NCBI GenBank assembly: GCA_051362555.1
Contig: CM120641.1
Location: 14,694,001-14,758,000, forward strand
Direction of reading: 5' to 3'
Source: Lingula anatina
Lineage: Eukaryota; Animalia; Brachiopoda
Length of the DNA stretch: 64,000 nucleotides
A program made the translations under genes and the position numbers. Under the pieces are notes generated by a model. It did not search any database. It was not told where the DNA came from and saw only the letters and a program-made list of their open reading frames with translations. Shown here in pieces: positions 41,369-53,500 of the stretch (the first letter of the stretch is position 1; each line of letters opens with the position of its first letter).

Positions 41369-42015
41369 TATCACTAGTCGACACGGTACTTGGCAGAGGC
41401 GATGATAGTGTATAGTGAAAAGACTTAATGATACAGCAAATAAGCTAAACCCTTAAAGCAAAAGAAAAAAATCATCTCTTAACAAGCACTCATAAAGATT
41501 AATATACTTACGACTGCTTTTAAACATAAAATGAAATATACAAGCTCAAACGTTTGGCTCGCAACAAAGCGTACTTCCGCGGATAATTTACCGGAAACGA
41601 TGCCACTCTGTATAAAACCAGGCTTTATCATTTTGAAATACAGTTGATGTATTTTCATATCAATTTAACAGATGCGTATAGCTGTTGAAATATCCCAAAG
41701 TAAAATTCTAATCTTTATTTTTCTTCTATATACCATTTTATTGGAAATGTTCAAATGAAATTAGTAGCTGATTATATAACTATTGCTTGTTGCATAAATG
41801 CTCTTCTCTTCTTGCAGTTAGCTGCAATCAATTCAAGATAAGCTACATTGCATTTACAAACAAGACAAAAGCGGGCGAGTTTTCAGCATTTGCATGGAAA
41901 AGACATCATAGTGCATAACTACGTCGTATATTAGCCTGTTTGTCATATTACATTTACAAAGAAGACAAAAGGGGACGAGTTTTTAGCAGTGACGTTAAAA
42001 TTTCTTCGTAGCTCA
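41369..42015. promoter_or_regulatory. Duplicated AQR promoter/exon-1 segment; probable bidirectional promoter of the BTB-ZF pair
   Basis: Collinear, same-strand similarity to ~32885-33460, including an identical TACTTACGACTGC donor (41505-41517 versus 33018-33030), TTCCGCG..TTTACCGGAAAC, TATAAAACCAG, GAAATATCCCAAA, CTAATCTTTATT and TTCTTGCAG. Confidence 0.7.
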
Positions 42016-42102
42016 TAACCTTTCGAAAACAAAACGAATACCTCTACAGGGCTAAGCATTTAGTGAGAGTGAGTTGTATCTTAGGCAAGCTCCAAAGCCT
42101 GA

Positions 42103-42200
42103 CCCAGCAGACAAACGACATTGATTCACCGTTGAATCAACGTTAATTTTGGTGGATCAATGTTGAATCAACGTAGAATCAATGTCGTTTGCCTGCTGGG
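42103..42200. mobile_element. EnSpm/CACTA-like (CCC-terminus) MITE
   Basis: TIRs CCCAGCAGACAAACGACATTGATTC / GAATCAATGTCGTTTGCCTGCTGGG; 2-bp GA flanks; internal TTGAATCAACG subrepeats. Confidence 0.7.
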
Positions 42201-42403
42201 GAGGTTACAGTGACATTGTAATTAAAAATTTTTCCTAAAAATAACAATATAACATTGTGTTAACTATAATTCTATTTTCAAACTCAATTCCCTCAAAAAG
42301 TAAAATGTAAAGTATTTTTGTACTTTTTTCAACCATCAAATTGCATAATTTACATATTAATCATTTTCAAATACTAATTTTTTTTTCCTTTTTCAGAATT
42401 TGG

Positions 42404-45400
42404 ATGATGGGTGAAGTTATCATCAGCACCAGCAGTGAAGCAAAGGTTTCTTTTTTTCAAACTGCTTCAGTTTTAAGAAGTAACAATAGATATTGTGATG
42501 CAATGGTGCGTGTGGGAAAGAAATGGTACAGTGCCCATAAACTTATTCTAGTCTCCTACTCAAAATATTTTGCTGACTATTTCCGCTTGTTGGTAACTAA
42601 CGATTGTGGTGTCGTTCTCTCAGATATAAGTGAAGAGATGTTTAGCTATGTGCTAGACTATATGTACGGTAAAGAGATCCATGTGCCAGTTAGTTGCTTG
42701 GGAGACTTGATGAAAACGGCCATAAAACTGGAGGTACAGGACTTGGTCCATCAATTTGAGACAGGGCAGTTTGGTAAGAGAGAGATTGGTGGAACAGAAC
42801 ACATTCTGAGTGCCATGCCCACAGCAAACAATGACATAGGATCTGAATGTGGCACTGATATGATGGATGATTCTAATTCTTCTGACTCTGTATTTCCTGG
42901 GAATGGTTCAGATTATTTAAAAAAACAGCATATCATACAAAACCAAATGGCATTCAGTAATTCATTAAACTGCGATGAAAAAGAGGCAATGGTAGAAAAC
43001 ATGGATGATGGTAAATTGCTTGCAACCACGGTAATATGCAAGCACTTAGAAGAGGTGGGTTGGCCCAGTGGCACTCAGAACATGTCTGAATTGACTCCAA
43101 CAGATTCTGGGATTGGAAGTAATTCTAAAAGCAACTTTTTCTGTGTAAGTTGCAAATCTTCCTTTCCCAATATAAAAGAAAAATGTCTTCACTTTTTAGC
43201 CCAAAAATGCTCTGGGTCTTTGCTCAAATCGACGCGAGTAAGTTTTAACCGGAGGTTAAGAAACAGAGGGAAAAGTCCATTTTACACAACTACCTCACAC
43301 CATGTGTGCTACACTTGCTATAAGGGTTTCATCTCTAGGTCTTCATTTGTAAGACATATTCAACTGAAGCACAACAAGAAAACAGCAAAGAAGTTTTCAA
43401 AGGGTCGGATAGGTGATAAAAAAACTTTGAATGGCAAACAGACCTTAAAAAATATTCCGTTTCAGTTGAAGGTTCCCATATTTGAAGGAGAGGATAGGAA
43501 TGTTATATCAACTGAATTAACAAAAATATTTAATAGGTGTGAACTTTGTGGTACACAGTTTGAGAATGCAAAAGAACTTGTTGAACATCAGGCAGATAGT
43601 CATGGACTGGGAATATTTCAGGAGACCTTCCATTGCCCTGATTGTTATGAGATGTTCACGATCAAGGAATTATATAGATTGCATCAACAAACAACCCATG
43701 AAAAAAACCTCTACATCTGCACAGAAGAGGGTTGTCATGTGGCATGCTCAACAAGCAGAGACATTATACTTCATTTGAAAGAGGAGCACAATACTGATCC
43801 TCCATTCAAGTGCTGCATATGTGGCCATGCCGTTACAGTAAAACAGCATCTCAAAAGGCACATTTATCTTCATTATGATCAGCGCAAAAAATATTCTTGT
43901 GAAATATGTAATAAAGTGTATAGGACAGAGAAAGAGCAGTTACAACACAGGTACTCCAAGCATGGTGTGGTTGATGAAGAAAAAGCTCTACGTTGTACAC
44001 ATGATAACTGCTCCTACCTGACATACCACTTGCCTAATCTTGAGAGTCATCTGAAGGCCAAACATTTAAATGAGAAGAATTTTACTTGCTCACTGTGCAA
44101 TAGGAAGTACTCTTCTAGGGGGTAATACATCTTGTTCAGCAGTTGAAATATATTTATTTTACTATCTTTGTAAATTCTATTGCATTTGTATATATAGTAT
44201 ATAGCATGAGTTTGCATAAAATTGACCTGCTTTAATTTGCCACGTACAAAAGCATGTAATTGCTTTTTATGAACAGACAGTGATGTGTCTGTACATATAG
44301 CCGTCATCTGCCGCTGCCTCTAGCCGTTTTAATTCTGTTCCAGTTCCTCTGGATATTAGATATTATTACTTAAAGCTCAATCAATTTTGTCTATATATCA
44401 GTGGCAGCCTGATATATATTTATATATATTCAACCCCATATTCTCGGAATAAGTTTTATTTTGTTTAATATGACTTTAAGCATTGCAAAAAACTTTTCAA
44501 TTTAAATTTTAGGTCACTGACTGCCCATAAGCTGGTTCAACATGAAATGCGTTATGTATGCAATTGCCCACATTGTGGCAAAAAGGCAAAAGATAAAACT
44601 GCTTTGAAGTCTCATCTGAAGAGATGCAGAGGAGAAACCATGTCATTTTTGTGCACTCATTGTGAATATTCTACTGATTCCAGAATCACAATTGAAAGTT
44701 GGTTTATATATATATTTTTACTTTGTATTGAGTTATTTACATCTATTATATTTTATAAATTTTTGGATCTATCCAGTCTTTTTAAACATTGTAAAAGTAA
44801 TATAATATTGTGCTTTTATTTACAAAAGTAATACTGTTAATTGTATTTCCTTAAAAGCAATATTTGCCTAATTTATTAGTCATTTTATTGTTTCGGATTT
44901 ATTAATTGATATGTTTTACATTTTGTGAGTTTTGCAAGTACTGTACTATAAAAACGGTGCTTATTTACCATTGCAAGAAAATTTTATTTGAAATGAATAA
45001 TGTAAGAATATTTTGTCTCATTAAGTTTTAAAGTCTCAGTTGAGACTGATAAAATTGTTATTTCAAAAAAAAAAAAAAAAATTGAAAAATTAAACTAGAC
45101 TTACCTTGGTAAAGTAAAAACTGACTTCAATTCTTTGAGAAGAAATGAAAATGGCTCTTCTGCCACCCTCCCACCCATGTAACTGCTTTGTGTAACTGCT
45201 GTGTGGTAGTGAAATGGAGAGAGAGAGAAAGGCAGCTGTGGGGAATTATTGCCATTAATTCCCATTTGTTTTTGTGACAAAATCGTTTAAAATGATTTAA
45301 GATGCTTGTATGATTTATTGCAATTTTTTCTCACAGGTCATCAGTATAAAAAACACGGTATACTGCCAGTCAAAGGTAAAATTTACAGTTGTGATGTGTG

Positions 45401-47131
45401 CGACTACAAATGTGTGACAAATAGCGGAATGAAACGGCACAAGCGTGCACATATCGGTGAGCAATGATTATTTGAATGCAGCTTTATAGTAAGTTATTTT
45501 ACAACTGTCTCTTTAGTTTAAAATGTATATGTAGGGGTATTGAAGAAACACTCCGAAACAATCATAATTGTAGCTCCCTGCTCGAAGTTGACACTCATAC
45601 ATTCCTATGGCATTGGCAGATAATTTGGATTTTCTCAAAATACACAATAATATGTGCATGTTACCCGTCAGATACATATACATATTATGGGGATTTTCAG
45701 GATGCAGAAACCACTGAGGAAAAAAAACTTTATCCTAGATTGTCTACGTTACCCTCCAAACCCAGGGTTTGCAACCTGATTACTACCCGTGCTTGCTGTG
45801 GATGAAACTTTAGATTGTTGTTTTGAAGAAATTGTTGTCTCAAATATGCCAAAACTAATCTATTTCTGTGGCAAGTCTTATTAGATGTGTTTGTTTCTGT
45901 TCTTGGGATAAATCCTATCATTCACTTGTTGCAGATATACATGTAAGCTTGTGATATACGATGATTACATTTTTCAACAATTTCCTTTTTCAGAAGGATA
46001 TGATATTGTATGTGACATCTGTGGAAAAAAATTAAAGCAAGGCTCTCTGAAAACACACCTGAAGGTCCACAAAGATACATATGATTTTCATTGCCCACAT
46101 TGCAGCTTTAAAACACGGGTAAGTATTTTTATATTGGGGTTCTTTTGTTTATACATAGAAAGTGACACTCTTGGTTCTTAGTGCCGATTAATGTTATGAA
46201 AACTAAGTCAGTGATTGATAGACCCATCTTCAGGGATGTACCAAGTCCATAGCCAGGGGAGGTTCAGGTGATTGTACAAACTGCCCTTTTTGCTGGGGAA
46301 AGGTCCCTTCTGGGTAAAAGTTTATCTAGGAAGATGAAGGTTTCATGGTCCACTTTTTCAGAAAAAGATGGCTGTTGGCCTCGGTGCATTCTAATTTGGC
46401 TCTTTGCCATTCCTTTGCACCTGAGAGTGCATTTTCTTGGAGTGCATGACTCAATTTTTTCACAAAAGAAAATTTAACATCAGTACTATGAAATAGCCAT
46501 GTATGAAGACATTTTTTTTTTTTTTTGAAAAGTTGTTATTCTTTGATTTTTGATATTCTTTGACCCAGGCAGTGACATACTTGTGGGGGTGGGGTTTCTG
46601 CATGGGGGTGACTTACTCTTGACAATGTGTCAAAATGGGCATGTGAGGCTTTATGATGGCTACTGTTTGACAGTGCCAATTTATATCCTTTTTTGGACTT
46701 ACCACATATAAAAACGAAACATCACATTTTGAAGTCAGTCAACATGCTGTCAGTCAAAATGGGGTAATATAGAATTTTCATTACATGTTGGGAAACCTGT
46801 GAAGGTTGGGAATAAATCTTTTATTTTTTCTACTGACATATGCACACAATACATGGAATAATATATAAATTAATATCCCATATGTGTATAGCTACACAAT
46901 GGGTTTGATGACATGATTGTTTGATGACATAAAATTTTTTTTCTCTTTAAGCTGAAAAATGCGTTTGTCGAGCATGTCCGTTACCAGCACAAAGAAGTAG
47001 GGAAGAGGCCGTACAAGTGCAACTACTGTGAGCACAGGACTAATTTGAAGTCAAATTGTGTAAAGCACATTAAAAATATCCATAAAGGAAAAAAACCTGT
47101 AGTTATTCACCTCAGTGGCAATGACCTGTAA
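42404..47131 (+). CDS. BTB/POZ + multi-C2H2 zinc-finger protein, paralog B
   Basis: Exons 42404-44121, 44513-44697, 45337-45456, 45994-46118, 46952-47131. Exon structure and phases match paralog A, and the ORF is intact. Confidence 0.92.
44265..44320 (+). mobile_element. Solo 5' head of the Helentron/HINE family seen at 13042
   Basis: tttttatgaacagacagtgatgtgtctgtacatatagccgtcatctgccgc matches 13038-13090. Confidence 0.7.
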
Positions 47132-47654
47132 AGACTTCGCAAGTATTGAAATTGCTACTTGTTTCCAGCTTGTACTTGTTTCCCAGTGTGACCTATAACA
47201 AATATATTATGATTTGCAAGAAGGGCACTGTAGATAATTGGGGGGAAAAAGTTGAGGGAAAGTGTTTTATTTTATGAGCCAATTTGATAGATAAGGTATA
47301 TTGTAAATATAACTAGTTTCATAACATTGGTTTTTATTATAACTAATTCAGAATAAAAATTAAATTATTATGCATATGGAAATAATTCTTAGTCTTGTCA
47401 TTCGTACAGTAAACAATTTAAGTGTATGGCTATTAATTGGCATATTTGTAAATTGGCTAATTACAGTTCAATGTCATTCTTTAAAAGGGATGAGAAACTA
47501 AGAAAATATAAACAATTTTTGTGGCAGTTAAGCTGTCAAATGGAGTGAAAGATGATAAAAATGTTGACCTAATACAGAAATGAAGAACCACTAAATATAT
47601 TTTTCTTTTATTTTTTAAGGAGTGATAATATTTAAATACCCATAACATGTTGTT

Positions 47655-47872
47655 AGGCTGTATTCCCAGAGCTTTTAGATAGATCTATCCCCGTGGGGAG
47701 TCTCACTAGATTACTGTCAGATAATCAGGCTTAAATGTCCGTCCCGCCTACTACAAGCTGTAAGGGGGTAATTAACTTTCGTGTCCGCTCGGCTGACAGC
47801 TATTTAGCGTGAACCCCCAGGGAGTTAGGTCGATCTAAAGTAGATCGATCTAATCTCTGGAAATGGGGTCTT
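47655..47872. mobile_element. 'GATCGATC' fold-back MITE copy downstream of paralog B
   Basis: ggggagtctcactagattactgtca..gcttaaatgtccgtcccgccta ... cccagggagttaggtcgatc..agatcgatcta match 9675-9921. Confidence 0.75.
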
Positions 47873-50555
47873 AGAGTATATTAACATTTTTGTGCTATTG
47901 AAATTAAGGTAAAGGGGAGGAGGTATATTTAATCTAATATTAGCATTATGGGTTTCATCAATGTCGTTCATTTGATCAAGGATGACAAAAAAGTATCATC
48001 AGTCAATGTGTTAGATGCTAAAATTTTATTTACTATAAATCTGCAGAATGCAATATATCACAGTTGAAAGATACTGTGTAAATTACCCATGTACAAAAGT
48101 GGGTTTTAATTTAGAATAACTAGATTATTGGAAGGTTAAGAAAGTCAGTTTCAATGTGAAATAACTGTGGACTTAAATTTCAGAAAAAGATCCACAGATA
48201 ATTATAAAAAAGTAAAGTTGTTAAACATCTAACTTTAACATTAGTACATATATACAAGTTTAAAGAATTGACTATAAGTGTATAGACTATAAGTTTAAAG
48301 TAATGGCTATTGCACCTTGATGAAGTAAAAGCATACAAATATAAGAAATTTTTGTCAAAGCTAGGCTTTACCAAAAAAGATACAAGTTAAAGAGTTTACC
48401 CTTATTATAATCTAAAACTCAACTACTTATTTATTTAACAGGTGACATGTACATCTGATATTAAAATAAATAAAGCAAGATATAATGATATTTCAACAAA
48501 TTGGCCCTCAATACTATGAAAAAATATAAACATGAGATAATATATCAATATATGGAATGTCACAAGCAAATTTTCTCAAGGAAAAGTGATTTAAGGTAGG
48601 AGGCAAAATAGGTAAGGTAACAGATATTTATATATAAATTAAAATAGAGTATTCAAACCATAACTAAAAAGTAACTACACAGTTATGATATATTCTGATT
48701 AACATAAGTTAACATTCTTTCAGAATTCCGTTGCTAAACAATTATACTGTTAAAGGTTGACTATCAAGCAACAAAACATTTTCCAAATAAACACTTATAA
48801 TTAAAAATTATTATAAAAGATGGTAATATTCAACTTGTATAGTATTATGTTATTTAATATATGAAAAGGGGGACGGGTTGATCTTAGGCCAGTACAAAAA
48901 ATTTATAATATGCCTGAAAAACATTATATCTATCAAATTGGTGATTAAGATTTTCTTATGGGAGTGTAATTTTCATCACTAATACATTTATTGGAGGAAA
49001 ATGTTGTTATCCTTGTCTTCAATGGCCTTCAAACAGTTTGCAGAGACAAAAGTCGCTTCCATTTACCAAGCACCAGAATCACATGCAAGCACTCACTAAG
49101 TTTCTAGCATATTCCTGTACTTAACAATCAACTAAATTGTTTGAAGACCACATTTACGTGATTACCTGCAATGGGCACTTCATTAATTGTATGCAATCAA
49201 CTTATAATGGGCTTGGCATAGCAACAGAAAAATTTGTGACACAATTTGATCATAAAAATTTGGTGGAAAAACTTGGATAGGATACCTTGAACGAATCACC
49301 TCTATCTCTCATGGAATGTTAAAATCTTCCCTGAACTATTTTCATCATGAATGTAAACTTATTGCTTGATTTTCATTGTAAAAAAGTGTTGTCAAAATAT
49401 TTTTAATGCTTAAATATAAGGCATGTAAAAATGTCCATATAACTACTGTAACAGCAACAACTGCCTTCATTTTTACTGCAATGTTACATTACACATATCC
49501 TGTGAATGTTACAATGACACTGGAATGATATTAAAACTTGTATCACAGTGCTTAAACCTCATTCTGTTTTGATAAGTCAAAAATTGTCTTATAAATTGAC
49601 ATGTGACAATGTGATGAACCTGTAATTATAATCACATCACTTATTACTGTACAACAACAACAATAATAATATCTATTTATAGTTTAAATTCCAAATATGT
49701 TAATTAGACTTTACTGTGTAAAATACAAGTTTCAAAATTTTTTTCAAGATTCGTCATTCCTGGCTCCAAACATATTATGGTATGGCATTAAGTCAACTTT
49801 CTTTATCTGAATCATTTTTAAGTGTTACATGCAATTAGAGAAAACTAAGGAATCAATTCCATTAATTTTTGACCAACAAACATGCTTTCTTTCTATGTGC
49901 ACTTTTACAATGTCTTTGGTTTCCTGAGAATGATGGTTTGATTGGGATATTAAAAGTAGCTTATTAAATATAATTCTGATACTCGGTAACAACAGTATCT
50001 ATAAAAAGTTCCTCTCAGCACTATGTATAACATGAAAAAAATTATCTAAATCTCACTTCAATCAAAACCACAGGTGTATACTGACATACAACAAAAGTAC
50101 ATACTGGCACCATATCTTATATGGTACATGCTCAATTGTGAAACTCAAATAAAAAGCATTTATATTGTATTCATCTTTGGATTTGACCATACGTCTCCAT
50201 TCGGTATTCCTGTACTCCTAATAAATTTCATTTCATTCATTCAAATAGTGCCAAATAATTTTTGACAGGAGATTCATTCTGTGGATTGACACATCACAGC
50301 TCAGTGCATATAACATGCATGTCACATTAAATGGCTTTTTGTAATCAATTAATTGGGCACCGTAGATGAGAAATGTAAGACATTATAATTTTGAATCGAA
50401 TGAGTAAAGAATTACTATGCAGATCTCGATTTAGGAATAAAAAAAGGAAAAAAATATACAAAATGTACAAAAGGTAAAATACTTCTAGAAAACAAGAACA
50501 ATGACTCTGAAATTTTTGTATCTGATGGAACATCACATAGAAACAAGGATTTTCT

Positions 50556-53500
50556 CTAACTTGAGATGTGTGTCATTCCCTCCTTGCTGTCCCCGGCAGG
50601 ACCACCATAACCATGTTGCTGCAGCAGTTTCAGGACTTGTTCCAAATGATTAGTTTGCCTGCTGACCTGGTCCTCTAATTCCTTTAGACGCTTTTGCAGG
50701 TCTGCAGTTTCATCTGCTGGACTGACACTTTGTCTGAAACAGAGACAGAATGTACTTCTCTAACTGGACTATATACGTGATGGTTTAAGAAGCTGTACAG
50801 ATATGAACACCTGGGCCCCGTATCTCAAAAGCATCGCATATTGCGAATAGCTATATCAAGTAGAGGCTACAATGTATTATATGGGACGAGTATGGGCGAG
50901 TTATGGAATTGAGATGCTTCTGCACGGTCGCAATGCACGATGCTTTTGAGATACAGGGCCCTGGTCTGAAAAGAAAATGTCATATTGATGGCCAAATAGC
51001 AATACCTTGCACATAGGTTTATTTAGCGTAACAGACAACACAAAAATCAGGTGAAATTGTAAGCCAATAAGATGTTTACAAAATTTAAAGATATTTCCAA
51101 GAAAGCCTCTGGCCTTGCCATTTTAATAAACAAAGAGCTAAAAAATGAAGTGTGAAATACAAATCTATTGATTAAATGTAAAATTTAAGAAGAAAATTGG
51201 AAGAAAAAGATGGATTGCGGAGAAACCAACTTAGCTCTGTAAACTTTATCTGAAGTACCAGTACCAGTATACCTTAATTCTGGCTCTACAGGAGGGTTAA
51301 AAGTGCTGTTAAGGCCTGGAACACTTGTTTGATTTTGATCCTCAATTTGTTCTTTTATTTGCTCCAGGTCATCTATCACTTGCTCAATCCTGAAGTTAAA
51401 TTATTCTCATTTAACAAAAAATGCAAATGAAGTAATGCCTCACAGCAATCAGTTTACTGTAATATTGATATATTTATGCTTGTCATGTTTTGAAAATCAA
51501 AAATATCAAAACGAAAATAAAAAATAATACCAAAGAAAAAAATGAAAAAAATATGTTTCAATAAAGATAGAAACATACCTTAGGATATTTCCCAGCACAG
51601 TGCACCCCAAATTTCAGGGTGAATTAAAAAATAGTCTACACTTGTTATACCAAAAAAATTTCACTATCTGAAGTAAGGAAGTCAATATTAGTCGTTTCCA
51701 TTTTGTAAGCAGCACAAGTGACTTCACTTCAGCAAGCAGGAGCCTCATCTTACCTTTCCCCAGCAGTAGATATTTTATTGGCCATGTGGGCTTCATTCTC
51801 TTGGTGGGTGCGTAATAAGTAACTTTCCATTCCTGCCTTTTCAAATACAGTTAGCTTTTCTTGCTCATCTACAGATAATACTCTCTCTGAAATTTACAAG
51901 TAACCATTGAAGTTTATTCATTAAATAACCCCCTTTAATTCTATTAGCTATCACTGACAAATATTTTGACTACATGTGGGAAAAGTTGATCATAATATTA
52001 GACTACAAATGCTGGTATACAAATTTTGCACCTTGAGTTCGTGCAATTTTACTGTCAAAAAAAAAATCTTATACTGCCTGATTTTCAATTAATTTCAGAA
52101 ATAATTATCAATAAAGTATTAAATCTCCTAATCACATGTTTATTCTTTCTGTTTAAGATAGCCTTTGTTGCACTTAAAGTTATATAATTTATAAAGCTTC
52201 TGACTGCCTGAATACTTTGTTGCAATTAATTTTATGTTCATAAATACTATTTCAGCAACAAGTAAACTATACATGTACATTCACACCATTTTACTCACTG
52301 AAAGAGTCATCAGAATTTTTAATTCCTCGACATTTCTTAACAATGTACATGATTCCCCTGACAATATGACTAATAATTATTGCAGGAGGTGGTAGTGGTG
52401 GCCTATCATGATACTCGTAGATCAGTCCAAAACGGTAAAACCTCCACACTGTTAATGAATTGTCTTGAATATTCTGGAAAGTGTAACTGGAAAAAAAGAA
52501 AGGGATAGAATCAACATTTTTATGGAAAAGTAAATGATGTGGTTCATTTTTGAATAGTGTTGCATTTATTGTCCATTGCTTTCTTTCAGTGCACATAACA
52601 ACTACCAGACTTGGCACCGAATGATCCCGAATTCACCGGTATATCGGACCACACTTTCCGTTTTCAAGGTGTGCATCAGTATGCATTTCACAGTATCATA
52701 GCCCAGAACAAATTTTGAGATGAGATGCACTACTTTCCAACCCCACTCAAAATCATCGCTATCACTTCGCGTACTAGGCAAGAGCGGTGTCGTGTCTGAT
52801 ACTTCGAAGCACGTACTGATGCACACCTTGAAAACGAGTGGTGTGGTCCAATCTACTGGTGAATTCAAGATCATTCAATGCTGAATCTGGTAGTTGGGTA
52901 GGCCTGAACAAGCTAGTCTGCAAGTGAGCTAAATGTTAACAGAACAACTAGCAAGGAGAACATCATTTCTAAAACTTACTTAAATATAGCAATGAGGAGG
53001 TTGAGTAGCAAGACATTGGTCAGTAACATGTAGATAACCATCAACACAATGGTCATCCATTCATTCTGCTGTGGACACATCTGTGGTCCATTGTCTTGTA
53101 AGTACAGTGTGGCATTACTGGTGCACTGGTCAATTTTACCTGGAAATAATAGAGCATTCAACATTGTAAGACAATTACCATACAGAGATAAGATTGTAAC
53201 AATTTTTTTTCTCAATGCCTATGTACGACATGGCACAATGCATTAAATCTACCAATAGGTTCAAGTTAATGATTGTAGAAATTTCAACATGACATTATAT
53301 TACACAGCATGCTAAAGTGCATACAAAACAAATAGAAATCTCTTCCTTGAATCCTAAGGATGATATAATATGCCTTCTGGTTTATACATAAATACAATGT
53401 AGATATAATGTCAGATATTCATATCATTCAAAACAAACTTCAGCTGTCCTTGAATCTTTGAGATTATTCATGATTCTTGCTTAATTCATCCATACAACAT

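Noticed and set aside
34553-47131. The BTB-ZF pair as an uncollapsed haplotype or assembly duplication
   Set aside because: The introns are strongly diverged with different transposon insertions, and the small exons differ at many sites, far beyond allelic divergence.
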